Below, in pieces: positions 1 through 14,437 of a stretch of DNA of 64,000 nucleotides (within the stretch, counting starts at the first letter, position 1; each line of letters starts with the position of its first letter). Under the pieces are notes generated by a model. That model was not told the DNA's origin, made no database searches, and was given only the letters and a program-made list of their open reading frames with translations. Both the position numbers and the translations under genes were made by a program. The DNA is taken from positions 162,004-226,003 of the forward strand of contig NMRA01000653.1 in assembly GCA_002633005.1 (NCBI GenBank), written 5' to 3'. This DNA is from Phoronis australis (taxonomy: Eukaryota; Animalia; Phoronida).

Positions 1-614
1 AGTGTAACGTATATCCGAAAACTTGCTCCAGAAGTACAGCCGTTTTTATACTATGTGTACATGTTTTTTCAATCGAAAAATTCATGTATCAGTAATTTTC
101 CGTACATAGTCGGCGCGTATGGCACAACCTCTACTGAAATTGAAACCAGCCACGGTGAACCTGTCGTTGTCTCCTACAGTTACACGATTATTACAATATG
201 GCTCTTCTAAGTGGTAAAAATGATATTCAGTTTAATACTTAATAATTGCGGCGCAAAATTGTCCACGTCCATTCACACCCCAATTATTTCTAGACTGTGA
301 CGACAACGACTTCCCATTTTCGTAGGGCTTCGATGTATTTGGCGCCATCTTACGACCATTTTATGGCATTAATAACAGGGTGTTCCATCGAAACAGGAAC
401 CCCGCGGAAAACAGATATCTCGGAGTCGATAACAGACTCCCGCACCTTCAAAGTAGTTAACCAGCCCGAGAAAACACGGACCCCGACCTTTAAAAAAGGA
501 ACCCGCGGGATCGGACAGGGCACCGACACACCACTCCCGCACCTTCTGTGTCATACATTGTTTTATGTAGAATAAATCATCCTACTTTTAATAATTGTTG
601 TGATATGTTGTTTT

Positions 615-762
615 CAGTGGTGGATTTAGGGGAGGGGCAAGGAGGGCTTGCCCCCTCCCTAAAATTCTCTCAGATTCCATTTGGCAGTTCGGGGGTGCTA
701 ACTGAATGTCTGACGCGCAAAATCCTGGCACCCCCTAGCTCAAAATCCTGGATCCACCCATG
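615..762 (+). mobile_element. MITE, CAGTGG(C/T)GGAT...GGATCC(G/A)CCC(C/A)TG family, 5-bp TSD
   Basis: Ends cagtggtggattt / ctggatccacccatg; flanked by gtttt (610-614) and gtttt (763-767). Confidence 0.75.
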
Positions 763-3700
763 GTTTTTATATATGAGAATTTTAAAGACAGCCTCCAGCG
801 GCTAAAACACCTTTTTGACACCAGAAATGCAAGTATTGTTCGTAACATACCACGGAAAGTAATTAATTACAACGCAAATTACACCGCTGATAATTCGTAG
901 CCCCTTCGAGCGCCCCTGAAAAAATCCCAACCAATCAGCGTAAAGTGGTTTAGATGGTATCGTGGCCACGAAATTACTCGGAAGTCACACTGCGTAACAG
1001 CTGACGTTCTGTACTTGTCGATCTCTGGACTACAGACTTTCTTCGTTACAAAACTCAAAAGGCGGAGAGTAATGCTAGAAAATGACGTTTATTAGACTGT
1101 TTTTCACTTAAACGACTGGCAACAGGCAAGGCGAGTGTCCGAATTGTCTCCCAGAGTTTGCAAGCACCCCGTCGGTCGTTGGCTCTGCGATATACCAAGT
1201 TTCACGACGAGGTGACTAACACAACTCATACCCGGCCTGTATGAAATTTCGTGGTCTAACGGAGTTCAATTCACAGTGTTACCTAGCTGTATTTTGGCGA
1301 TAGTCTTCAAACAGCTAGCTGGCTGGCTACAAAAAAATCTTTAATGCGCACTTCGACGATTCGCATTACTGTTCCGGCCCGGCGTATAGGAAATCCGGCC
1401 CAAATCGGAATATCCTGACCGATTTGGGTCGCTACCGTAGGCCTAATCGAATTCAGATACTGAATTTAAAACGTTCAATTGATTATAATTTCTTATAGTT
1501 CGGTAAGTTTCCATGCAATCCAGACTTTATTTCTTAGTTTCAATTTATTACAGACACTCACAACGTTGTGTTGCTATTAAATTTTCAATTTGTTTAGGTT
1601 CATCGAGTCAAAATGGCAGCGATTGTGAGTTGCAGCATTTCAAGGCGAATTATTTTGAAAATTGAGTTTCTATTATAAAATTTTCAATGAATTTGAATAT
1701 AATTGCTTTGTACGAAAAGATTAAGCTGATACGTGTTGTAACGTTTCCACGTATTTTGCACCAAATTAAACGGCCTATTCCAATACGGGACACACACTCG
1801 ACAGCGGCCCCTATCGGAATCGCGCAGCGTTTACACCTTCGGCTTCAAGAAGACATGAATGCAAAGTTCCTAACATCAAAATTTTTGTATCAAGCAAATT
1901 ACACTATATAATAAACATTGTGACATTGCCTGATAACAATTCGGACGAAGCGTTTTGATTTTCCGGCTGTTTCAGCTACCCCAGTCACACTCCCGGGGAT
2001 TCCCATGCGGGCCCGTATTAGAATGTGTGCTAAATGATTGAATAAAAAAATATTATTAATTGACATTAAATGAACAATTTCCTTGTTTTTCCATTATTTT
2101 GCACTAAATTAAACGAGCAGTTATTGCTGATTCCAATACTATGGAGACACGCTGAAAGCCAAATTCGTTATAACGATGATGTCATAGACTTCGATTAGTG
2201 CAAGCGCCATCTCAAGTTTTTTGGCGCTAAATGGGGTTCGTGATGGGGCTACTGTATTGTCAAAGGCCTACTTAATTAACGACTATGGTATGCCATGACA
2301 CAGTATTTTATGTTTTTCATTAATAAATGTATTTTAGATGTAAAAATAACCATTTTGGCACCATATTAGGCCTTTAACCTTTATCTGAAAAAGTCAAAAG
2401 TTCAGAGCCGGGAGATTGAAAAATACCACGACTCTAATTACGGGTTATTCAACACACAGGCGTAATTTATGAAGCGCCAAAGGGTTCTTAAAGGAGTACC
2501 TCCCTGCGCGTAGAAATGTATTTAATATAGGCTTACGCGTATTTTTAATCAGTTCATATAGTCCAATCACGCCCGTGCTGTCAAATTAATTGATTAAGAG
2601 CAGAACGATGATCGTTTAATTTCGCGTAGATTAGCATATTTCTACGCTCTGAAAAGTACTCTTTCTCGCTTCATACAAATTGACGCGCTAACGTGTAAAT
2701 ACCGTACGCTGACAGGTTTGGAATTCCATATCTTTGGCCTGTTTCCTGTGAACATAAAATAGCACAGAAAATAACAATTAAATGTAGTTTCATATTCTAC
2801 CAATAGGTGCAGCGGTGTGATTTAAAAAGTACTGTTATATTGCGCTATTTTGCTCGTTTCTTATGGTTAATGTGACCATAGATATCAATAGAACAAAGTT
2901 AAACATTACAAAGCCTGAACTCAGACATAACTTACGGCACAATGTATGTGAACTCTAGATTTCGACATTTTGTCATTTTACGGCAAGTTACTCGAAAATA
3001 TAACTGTAAACGCGGAAACTTTTTACATTTATTTTTGAAAAGCACACTTATGAATGATATTTGTCAAAGCACTAACGTACCTTACAGTTCAAGGCCCACT
3101 TTCTGAAAGTAGGCTTACGAGCGCGCCTCGTGCAAAAATTTCACGCGCCGCTCCCTTTCGCGCAAGGCACTTTGTCAGGCCATTGTTTACAGTTGAGAAG
3201 TGCCAAATTCATAAACGTTTCTACTTAGGCTAAATTTACAGTCTTCATAATCAAGGAGATCAGGTATGAACGTTATGCCTACTTGCTACATGGGGGTCCC
3301 AGAAAAATGACCATATTTGACTTACTTCGGAACTTCAGATCTCAGAAATGGCTCAGAAGATTCGCATAAACCTTTCAGATAGGCCAATTAAATCGAGTGT
3401 CTTGCATTGGCGCTAGTTCACTTTGAAATGATAGGCTGTCAAAAATTGGACTTGCATTTATTTTAGTAGGCCTAAAGATCATGGTTGCCACGACTAACAA
3501 GAGAGGAAGTAGGCCTAGTGAGCTATATTTAGTCCTTTAGGTGTGATCATATACTATCTATGGTGTGATAGACAATATTGTCATTGACAAGTCTGCTAGC
3601 CCCATCTACAGCAGCTTTATAAACTCGTCTGAGAACCTGTTTTTTATTCAGATCACTTAGAGCAGTAAATTTGGTCTCAACTTACTCCTTGGTGAAAAAC

Positions 3701-4059
3701 GATTTCTGATTTCCAAAGAACCGACAGTTTGTTGACAAAGACGGCATGCTCGTCATAGAAACCATAGTCTATGATAATATCGTGACGAGCCAACGTATAG
3801 AGCCTCATCTCAACTTGTAACAGTTCTTTCGCAGACATGCAATCATCTCTTACTTGAATAAGAAACAATTTGAGACCAAGCTGAATAAAACAATATGTCG
3901 ACTCAGGAAATGTAAGGTCAGCATTTTTGAAACATTTCATCTTTATCAATTATATCAAGAGAATTTGGACACGTTACTGTTACCGTTGGCTTGCTATGAA
4001 TGTACCTTTTGGTTAAATTTCACTAAGGAGACATGATCAGTAATTCAAATAATGTCAGA

Positions 4060-4850
4060 TTGTCGTTTAGCCAAAATCAAATTTTACGGACCTCATTCTT
4101 TCAGAAAGTCAACATATACTCGTATATACTGTTACTGAGATAAAGCGGACATAATCCCATCTTCCATAAAAAATACCGTTATGAAATTGGTCTTATATTG
4201 TTCCTAAATTGAATTAGAGGTGATTTCAGGACTTTAGTTTGCGGACCCCGAGTCCTCTACTTTTAATTCCTACTACTGCGTCACAGTTCCTGCTTCATCG
4301 TAATTTTGTTAACCAAATACCTCCGCCCTTCTCGTGTGCCTTCAGTTGTAAGCTTGTAGTCCTAACCTCCATCACGTGTTTATTGTAAATGTCAAAACGG
4401 TCCAGGTCATTTGTAATTTAAAGTAGTTTTGGATTCAGATTGGCGTTTAGTCAATAATCAAATTTTACGGACTTAATTCCTTTGGAAAATCAATAAATAT
4501 ATATATACTCTGAAACAGGTTATAAACCCATCTTCCATGAAAAGTTAGTGTAATTAGTCTCGGTTCATAGTGTTCCTCTTAATCGAATTGGAGGTTATTT
4601 TAGGGTTTTTACTTTGTGGATCTTGAGCCCCACTACTTTTTCCTATCACTGTCTTACAGTTCCTTTTAGTTCATGGCCCTGAGTCCTCTACTTTTAATTC
4701 CTGTTACTGCGACGCAGTTCCTGCTTCGTCGTAATTTTGTTAACAAAATATTACCGCCAATCTCGTGCGAGTTCAGTTAGTTGTAACACCTTGTTTATTG
4801 TAAACGTCAAAACGGTCCGGGTCACTTATTATTTGAAGTAGTTTTTCATT
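4060..4850 (+). repeat. Two imperfect ~370-400 bp tandem units (mirror ~60360-61170)
   Basis: Motifs such as aatcaaattttacggac, cccatcttccat, gagtcctctacttttaattcc and gtcaaaacggtcc occur twice, in both arms. Confidence 0.7.
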
Positions 4851-7803
4851 CTACCACTACCTGGCGTTGGCATTTAAAAAGGTTATTTTGACCTATTTTG
4901 TTCCTTTCATTTGTTAGGTGTGGCAAACAATATTTAAATGTCAATAATTTTTATCAATAATGACACATTGCACACAAACTCCAAATGTCAAAACTTTCAA
5001 CAAAATTCATTGGAAAATTACAAAAAAAATCGCAGGATCTTTATACATTTCAAAAAGTGCACCTATGAATGAGGAGGAAAACTTTAAAATGAAATTTCTA
5101 GGTGAACGTGCTCACGAAGCGTTTTTTGAAGCTCCTACAGCTCAGGGCCCACTAACTGACACTCCGTAGGTGCTTGAGTCCAGGCGTTTTACGCTGGTTA
5201 GTCAAAGCGTGTCATTTTATACACCCAACATATAAAGGGATAACGAACACAGTTATTGCTTTGCAAACCCATGAGTCGAGAAGTTGAATTCTCTTATTGG
5301 ACGGAACGGGGGTTTGTACCCGCTTAATTTGCATAGTTTTTAAGTGTTTGGCTAAATGCATAGCTTTGTTGGGATGCTCCCACATAACCAAAGAAACCCA
5401 GCAGAGCTCACGCATTCCTTTCTTGTTTGTAGTGACAACCATAAATGGTCTTTGCGGTTGTCAAACTTGGAGCCACTTTCGGAACGCAAATCCGCTAAGA
5501 CATCGAGAGTGAGTGGGTTCCGTGGACCCAAGGCATTAGCCATTCACTTGCGGCGAGAAATCATCGCTTATGGAACTTAAAAACGTGTTACACGTTTCTC
5601 TTCACTTCAGTAGAGCACAATCAGTGATCTTTGCAACCAATGTGTAGTTAACAATAAACTACAGATCAAAAACTAAATACAGATGTTAAGAATTATAGTC
5701 AACTCAAGGCAAAAGGTGTTGCTGTGGTGATGAAACATGATTGTTTCAGAAGTGTTGTTGGCTTGTGGTTTCGGTAATTTTTATGTAAATAATTATAACT
5801 TAGCTAAGCGTTTCATTAAAATCGTCCCACCATTCGCTAGTCTTTATTTATTCAAAGTAGACACATCGTTTCATTTTAAAAATACCTATTTTCAAATGTT
5901 TTTCATTAGCAATAGGTAAATTTTATTGCTTCGTTTTGTTAATTTACGCAAATTAGGTCACAGGTCACGAGGCAGGTTCCAGGTCAATTTCCATCCTTTA
6001 CTTCCCTGATCTGGAAAGTCACTTTCCTGTTGTGAGACAATAACATCACTCATGCAAGAAACCTCTTCCTCTAGTCGGAGTTGATTGTTATTGCCATCAA
6101 AAACGAGGAGGGCGACCAGCCAGGGTGACACTATTTCGTATCCAACCGGATCACGCGTGACAGAATAATTGCGTTTACGAAGACTACAACACTCCCTGGG
6201 AGTCTGTGAGTCTCCGGTATTTTTATTATTCTACCAACTGAAGAGTACAATTTCCAGCAGTTCCAGCATATCTCCATTATTTTCTGCATTTCGTTATCAT
6301 TAAATCTTCAAAAACGAAATACCGTCTTTTGTCTGCAGCTGTACAGCATCCTTGGGTACAAACGAAATATCCATTGCGAGATTTTTATGATTTCGTAATT
6401 CAGTTTGTGATATTCACTTGAAAATAAAGTCATGATTTTTCAGAATTCGTTGTTACTATGAATGTTCGGTTTTGAAGAATTTGCTTGACGAAAAGTGATT
6501 GTTTCACACCCCTAACAACTTTAAATTGGAGGCAAACAATGTGGCAATAGCTTGTTTGTTTGTATTAACATATTCTTAACACGTCAAAATTCATCAAAAC
6601 GTAGTTTTTTTTTTCAAATCAGAAGCCCCTGCCACGCCATCTGTGAACCGAACAGATTAAGAGATCACGTTTTTTTTCTAAAAACTAAGACTTACTATTG
6701 ATTTTCTATTTACGATGCTGATTTGACCCAAAGTAATTTCCCCTAGAGAAGTGGCAACAGTTAGAATCAAGATGATTGAATCTACTGGACTACAAGACTA
6801 ATATCATGAAGAATTGGCTAGATAAAATCTCATCTTTGAAGCGAGTGAGGAAAATTAAAAGGGATCCATTTACGAAAAAGTGGCCTTTTCTCCACGTAGT
6901 GAAATCCTTTTGCAGGTGTTTAACCCTACAAAATGCTTATTCGTTAAATAAAAAATATAAAAAACATCTTACGATCTTTTTTCTTTCTAACACATCAACC
7001 ATTCTGTTAAGTTCTGTTGCAAATAGCGGACGAGTTTTGTATAGTAACCATCCAAAAATGAACAATCGTAGAACGTCAGAAAAGACACCCATTTGTCGGG
7101 AATCTGGGTGTGGAGAAGTCATTCGAGTGGCATGTTTCGTATATGTAACCATAGGCTCAGAATTAGTCCTGTCATTGCTTTTTGTGTGGTTTTGAGTTCT
7201 GATACCGGGGACAAGGATTGGCAACCTTATTTGTAGCCGTGGGGTGGCGGAATTATCCGATGCGAGCGGCGCTTTCAAGTAGTTTGCAGAACAGCGATTC
7301 AGTGAAATTGAAGTGATTGTTTCCACAACTTTGAAATGTGGCTTTCATTGTTTTTTCCTCACTGTGTCCTATTTAGCCATTGTACTACACTATACACAAA
7401 TTCATTCCCGCATAGTCTACCAAACAATCCCGTCGCCCAAAGTAGATCGTTCATTGGTTTACCGACGTTAAAGCTTCATTTGGAGCAGTCTTTTTTGCAA
7501 GTGAAGCAAAACTTGAACGAACTGGCATATTTCACTAACCGCTTTCCTTGCACAGTTTGCTGGTTACCGGTGTCGAGCTATGTGCTTAGCTTACTTTTGT
7601 GGCAGACGACTGAGCGCCGAGCAAGTCATGGTACAACAACACATAGTACGACGTCTCATGTCCATTGTTTGCGGAGTCATTGCGCTACGGTCAACAGTTT
7701 CCTCATCCTTGTTTTGAAGGCACTTATTTCGTGTTGATCAAGGAGGCTTTTGCTCGGTATGGGACTTTTCGCATCGAGAAATGGGTAGGCAGCGTACCAC
7801 CGG

Positions 7804-10800
7804 TAGATTCACTGATGAAATCCAGACCGGCAAAGCAATACCTGAAGAACCTGGAAAAGATGTAATCAAGACAATATTAAAAGATGGCAATTCTTACCAA
7901 AGACAATACCTGTTCCACTTCTTTGATTTTTCCAAATTGGACTGTGCCACAGAAAAAGAGACCACAATACTCTTGAGGGCAAAAATTCACTTCACTCCCG
8001 TCTCTTTTGTAAGCAAATTTCCTTCATGTCAATGATTTTCACTACCACGATTGTGTTAATTGACATGGACTTTTGTTTGCTGAATTGATATATTTTGCTG
8101 TTAGTCCTGAAAGACGCCGCGTTAATGCGCTGACTTCGAGTCTTTATAATGGTTCGACAGAGTACCTAGTTCACACTCAGCCACTGAGTGAGTTAGAAAG
8201 ATAATGTGACCCAACCCTGTTCGCGGAGACTTGCGTGATCTCGTCAAACTCGCAAAGGTACAACCTCACTGAACGTACCGGTATCGAAAGTTATAAATAA
8301 AATATCTGTTGACATGACTAGGAATTTTAACGTTGATGGCAGATGCAGCAATCTGCAAATAGAGTTGTGGCGTTTCTTACATAATCGGAAGTTAGAGAGC
8401 AGTTAAGAGTTTGCTGACACGCCACAAAGGATAAAGAATTTTAACAGTATCGTTTTGCTAGGTATGTTATAGTATTTCAGAAACAGGTTAAAATTCAAAT
8501 TCGCAGGCGTATTTTGGGCGACTTTAATGCTGGTATTGTAGTGTAAAACGTGCGTGTAAGTTTATGAATAGATAGCGACACAACAGTGTTACTTTTGACT
8601 GCTGCATATGAACCACGTAGACGAAGATTCTTTTATGGGTACCATTTTGTTCTGGTATCAAGAATCACCATCCCTATCTTTGTTAAAGTAGATCTACTCT
8701 ACCATTCATCAACGACAGTTGTTTTCGTGTCAAAAATCAAAAGAAATTGTTAGTGCGCTACCCAGGATGCTAGAATCTAGCAGCCAATATCACGAGGGAC
8801 CATGCCTGTTAGCTGTATTCTCAAAACTGCAGAAAAACAACTGATTAAGATACATTACGTTTCCTGAAAAAGGAATTTTTACTCAACACAAGCCATAGCG
8901 GCATTTCAGAAGTTGGGGCATGCAGTGTTAATTCGTTGTTTAAATGTTTTCAAGGAGTCTTTTGCTTGAATGTCTAAAGTTTGAACTAAATTTTGCAGCT
9001 AAAACACGGTGAGCATTTTTATTTTAAAACCCGTTTTCTGTAACTAGTGTCAGATGCGAGTGTTACAGCCAGTCGAAAAAATGATATTCAGCACAGCCTT
9101 TACAGGTGAACGACCTCTCACTTGTATAAACATTCGTCATAGTGAATGGAATGGAAAGATTGTCAGATAAACTTTTACTAAAAAGTTAGTTAATTTTGTG
9201 TAGGAGCTGATTTCCTTAGCATTGATAATTTAAATGGTCATGGTATTTTGTTTGGAAATACCAAATGTAACAACAATATAAATATTGTAGTTTTGGTTTA
9301 AAAAAATTCCATATATCAATGTAGAATGCAGAACAAAATTCCGTTAATATCTGATGTCACTAGTATGAAAAACTATAAAAATATAAAATTTTCTATCAGC
9401 AAAATCAAAGGTACATTAGAAAAACACAACGAAAATTGAAATTTAGTACATTTATAACGCTGCTACATATACATGAATGTTTGTATTGCAATTATTAGTT
9501 TGTTACAGTAAATCTTTGAAAAAACGTTTATGTAGGACATTTGAAAAATGTCCAAATTTTTACTAACTTCTGAACATCTTTAATGGCNTAGATTCACTGA
9601 TGAAATCCAGACCGGCAAAGCAATACCTGAAGAACCTGGAAAAGATGTAATCAAGACAATATTAAAAGATGGCAATTCTTACCAAAGACAATACCTGTTC
9701 CACTTCTTTGATTTTTCCAAATTGGACTGTGCCACAGAAAAAGAGACCACAATACTCTTGAGGGCAAAAATTCACTTCACTCCCGTCTCTTTTGTAAGCA
9801 AATTTCCTTCATGTCAATGATTTTCACTACCACGATTGTGTTAATTGACATGGACTTTTGTTTGCTGAATTGATATATTTTGCTGTTAGTCCTGAAAGAC
9901 GCCGCGTTAATGCGCTGACTTCGAGTCTTTATAATGGTTCGACAGAGTACCTAGTTCACACTCAGCCACTGAGTGAGTTAGAAAGATAATGTGACCCAAC
10001 CCTGTTCGCGGAGACTTGCGTGATCTCGTCAAACTCGCAAAGGTACAACCTCACTGAACGTACCGGTATCGAAAGTTATAAATAAAATATCTGTTGACAT
10101 GACTAGGAATTTTAACGTTGATGGCAGATGCAGCAATCTGCAAATAGAGTTGTGGCGTTTCTTACATAATCGGAAGTTAGAGAGCAGTTAAGAGTTTGCT
10201 GACACGCCACAAAGGATAAAGAATTTTAACAGTATCGTTTTGCTAGGTATGTTATAGTATTTCAGAAACAGGTTAAAATTCAAATTCGCAGGCGTATTTT
10301 GGGCGACTTTAATGCTGGTATTGTAGTGTAAAAAGTGCGTGTAAGTTTATGAATTGATAGCGACACAACAGTGTTACTTTTGACTGCTGCATATGAACCA
10401 CGTAGACGAAGATTCTTTTATGGGTACCATTTTTTCTGGTATCAAGAATCACCATCCCTATCTTTGTTAAAGAAGATCTACTCTACCATTCATCAACGAC
10501 AGTTGTTTATGTGTCAAAAATCAAAAGAAATTGTTAGTGCGCTACCCAGGATGCTAGAATCTCGCAGGCAATATCACGAGGGTCCATGCCTGTTAGCTGT
10601 ATTCTCAAAACTGTAGAAAAACAACTGATTAAGATACATTACGTTTCCTGAAAAAGGAATTTTTACTCAACACAAGCCAGAGCGGCATTTCAGAAGTTGG
10701 GGTATGCAGTGTTAATTCGTTGTTTAAATGTTTTCAAGGAGTCTCTTGCTTGAATGTCTAAAGTTTGAACTAAATTTTGCAGGAAAAACACGGTGAGCAT

Positions 10801-11370
10801 TTTTATTTTAAAACCCGTTTTCTGTAACTAGTTTCCGATGCGAGTGTTACAGCCAGTCGCAAAAATGATATTCAGCACAGCCTTTACAGGTGAACGACCT
10901 CTAACTTTTATAAACATTCGTCATAGTGAATGGAATGGAAAGATTGTCAGATAAACTTTTACTAAGAAGTTAGTTAATTTTGTGTAGGAGCTGATTTCCT
11001 TAGCATTGATAATTTAAATGGTCATGGTATGTTGTTTGGAAATACCAAATGTAACAACAATATAAATATTGTAGTTTTGGTTTCAAAAAATTCCATATAT
11101 CAATGTAGAATGCAGAACAAAATTCCGTTAATATCTGATGTCACTACTATGAAAAAATATGAAAATATAGAATTTTTTATCAGCAAAATCAAAGGTACAT
11201 TAGAAAAACACAACGAAAATTGGAATTTAGTACATTTATAACGCTGTTACATATACATGAATGTTTGTATTGCAATTATTAGTTTGTTACAATAAATGTT
11301 TGAAAAAACGTTTATGTAGGACATTTGAAAAATGTCCAAATTTGCCTAACTTCGGAACATCTTTAATGGC
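7804..11370 (+). other. Apparent ~1.78 kb tandem duplication joined by a single N (probably uncollapsed haplotypes)
   Basis: 7804-9587 is repeated at 9589-11370 with N at 9588; the copies are near-identical and the right arm has one copy. Confidence 0.85.
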
Positions 11371-12320
11371 TGATCGGATTCACATAAGACTTTCAGAAAC
11401 TATGCTTTGTGCACTATTTTCCAAAACGCTGTTAAAATGCTTACATTTTTAACGAAGAATGATAAAAATAGACTCCTTTTGCTTGTTTTGGTTTGCTTTC
11501 CCGTAATGTATATACCTTCCAGCCATGAGTTTATTTGGGACCCAAAACATTCCAAACTCTGGGTGACCATATTCAGAGCATCGTATTGCAGAAATGGCTG
11601 GTCAGATTCACGTGAAACTTCCAGATACTATTCTTAATACACTGCTACCCAAAACGAATGCTCTACTTTTGCAAGAGAAGTTATAAAAAATAGGAATTTT
11701 ATGATTTTGAGAAAGAAATTCAGAAGTTACGTAAAACTAAAACGAAATGCTTATTTAGAAAACTGTAACAGCATTTTTTAAATTTCATCTTGAGCATTGA
11801 TATCAAAGTGGTCATATTATTGACACCGCTGCTTTGCTATCAAGGTACGTCTCGTTTTTGCTTAATTTTACTAAAAGCATAGTCACGTGACCCAAAGAAT
11901 GACAGGCTGATAAAAGTCAAAAGTATTGTTTTGTTATCACTAGGACTCGGTCGTGCCTATGAACATGCATTTGTTTTGAGAATGGTTTAGTGATAATAGA
12001 CCGAAAAGGTTAATTAATACAATGTCTATGAAAATTGTTATTTACAATGAGCGGTTCACGAGTGATGCGTTATAACTTCTTGATAAGTGCTCCGCTTCTT
12101 TAGACAAAGTATCATTGTTATCATTCGGGTTCGTGGTATATAACGCTAAACACTATATAACAGCAATGGGCTCTTGCTGTCGCGTCACATTGCGATAATT
12201 GTACCGAGATGTTGACGCCACGCAGCAGCCAAACCTTCCGTAACTAAACCCTTGGTGGTTGCCTGAATATCTGCGCCCTGGATCTACTCTTTTTAGTTGA
12301 AACCGAACTGGAAATTGTTT

Positions 12321-12494
12321 TTGGCATTTTCTATCCTACATTTGTGCGAATTCAAGATAAGTGTGTCAATTTTACTCGAGTTTGTAACTCAATACTTTTA
12401 CTAGAAACTCACACTCATGAACCATAATGAACTCAAGCACTGACTAATCGCAACGTATCTTGAGTTCGCTCAAAAGTAGAACAGAAAATGCCAA
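12321..12494. mobile_element. Fold-back/MITE-like element with ~39 bp imperfect TIRs (mirror 55450-55623)
   Basis: ttggcattttctatcctacatttgtgcgaattcaagata ... tatcttgagttcgctcaaaagtagaacagaaaatgccaa. Confidence 0.65.
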
Positions 12495-12738
12495 GAATAA
12501 TCCCCGGCCCCCGGTAATATTACAACAGGCACACAGGTACAAGCTAAAGATGCGAAAACCGGTAGCAACTACAAACTTGAAAAAAGTCACTGAAGTGAAC
12601 AACGGCTTGATTTTTGTTCATTTGATATTTTAGCTGGAAGAAATTACCATGGCAATACATTTTTTAGTTTGATCTTGTTTATCAGTTCGTTCCATTTCAT
12701 TGAGCAACTCGACCGACTCGCAAATCGAACGTAACCCG

Positions 12739-12870
12739 CCTCCCGTTCAGTAACGCTAGGACCTAGCTTAAAAGCAAGACTTTGCGAGATTACGCGAGAT
12801 ATTGCCGTGTATTTTAAATAAGAGCACGTGACCTTGACTAGCGTAGGTCCTAGCGTCTACTGAACGCACG
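12739..12870 (+). mobile_element. 132-bp MITE, 4-bp TSD (cccg), left-arm-specific
   Basis: cctcccgttcagtaacgctaggacct...aggtcctagcgtctactgaacgcacg flanked by cccg/cccg; empty site at ~55175-55190. Confidence 0.85.
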
Positions 12871-13097
12871 CCCGTATTCGGTCTCACCGGAAACTTTCAC
12901 AGTCGTTCGAACTCTTTCACTTGAACATTTAACGCATATGCATAGTATTTTGTTTGTGCGGATGATTGAATGCTCGGGTGGATGAATTTAAGGTTCGCAT
13001 GCATAAATGAATGTGTGACTTTTATATGCAAGTGGACTCTCTTCGTATGCATAATATTGTGGCTCCATGGTCCATATCCGGGAGTTGGCGTGGTTAA

Positions 13098-14437
13098 GAT
13101 TATATCCAACCTTATTTAATGGCCTCTATTCTAACTCGTATATCAAAAAACTAAGCTTTGTCAACTAGCAAAAGTATATATTTTCTGAAAGAAGAAAGAT
13201 TAGGAAATATGAAAATATTTTTATTAATGTACCATTACTACGATTACGTAAAAACCTTTCTTAAGTAAAAATTTTATTTTTAAGAAAGGTACATTCATAG
13301 CAAAATAACCCTCGGTCGATTTTAATGAAACCTTTTTAAATGAAAACTTCACCAGTTACCTCAAAAACGCTGTTAGGAATTTTCGAATAGTATTTTTGAT
13401 TGGTTTCTATGACAAATCAACTCGCAAAACGTAAGGTATCTTTGTAAAAACGGAAGTCTTTGTTACATTACTCAAAATTTGGCCTTTATATCGAAAATCC
13501 GAACAGCGTTTTTGAGACTGATGACTAACTATTAATTTTGGAAAGTTTCAGCGAAATCCGTTTTCGAGAACTCGTGTACCTACGTTCCAATAAAGTCGAT
13601 TTGCCGAAGCCGAAAAAAGCCGATTAAACAGGGAGAGTGAAAATCTCAAAGTCTTCCGTTAATTATTCGGAGAAAACTTGTTTTCGGTAAACATAACCTA
13701 AACAAGCCTTAAATATGTTCGCTATTTCAACATTCACTCGGGATGTCAACTGATTTTGCAGTACGTTATTAACTTAATTATCATTAAAACGTACCGTTCC
13801 CAGCTAACTCTTATTCTTGTTTGAGACCTATTTACCCTATTTTATATAAATAGGTCACAGTTCACATAGCCTGTACACGTCACGTACTGGGAGACTGATA
13901 CAAAACCAAGTAAGAAATAGATAACAAAAATCAAATCGGTGGTTAAAGCACGTCGTTAGCATGAGATCAAAACATTGAAATGTTATTAATTGAATGAAGT
14001 TGTTAGGGTGAGGATTTATCTCTTTTCGCAACTTGCTGTGTTCATGACCACAAAGGCCTGAGGTGACCGTATGCATGTAGACGCACACTAAAACTACGTT
14101 TTGTCTTTGTTTTCCCCGGCACCATTCTACCATAAGTACACCTCGTTGACTCAACGTTATGGCGATTTTATAAATGAAAGGGCTGAGGGTATACCAAGCT
14201 GTTTTGTACCTGGTGGGAGATTCGATTTGATTGAAAGGCCTTTAACCTTTAACCTCGAATAAGTAGTAAACAAAAAACACGCGGTTGTGCGGTTCCAAGG
14301 TGGTTCTGTTAATTTTTTTTCTCGCTACGCAGTATATGTTTTGTATTTGAAGTTCCCCTAGAATGAAGATAAGGTATTTTATTAGACACGTGAAATATTG
14401 AAAAAGGCCATTTTTGTGAATAAGGATTTAGATAACC
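13098..14437. mobile_element. Non-autonomous TTAA-targeting DNA transposon (Kolobok-like), left-arm-specific
   Basis: TTAA at 13094-13097 and 14438-14441; imperfect TIRs gattatatccaaccttatt / aataaggatttagataacc; empty site (single ttaa) at ~54945-54960. Confidence 0.8.

Noticed and set aside
6776-7865. ORFs of 66-139 aa as exons of another gene
   Set aside because: No recognisable domain; the mirrored region in the right arm is partly deleted or absent; no convincing splice pattern.
7804-11370. 1.78-kb tandem duplication as a real event
   Set aside because: Joined by a single N, near-identical, and single-copy in the other arm: most likely unmerged haplotype contig ends.
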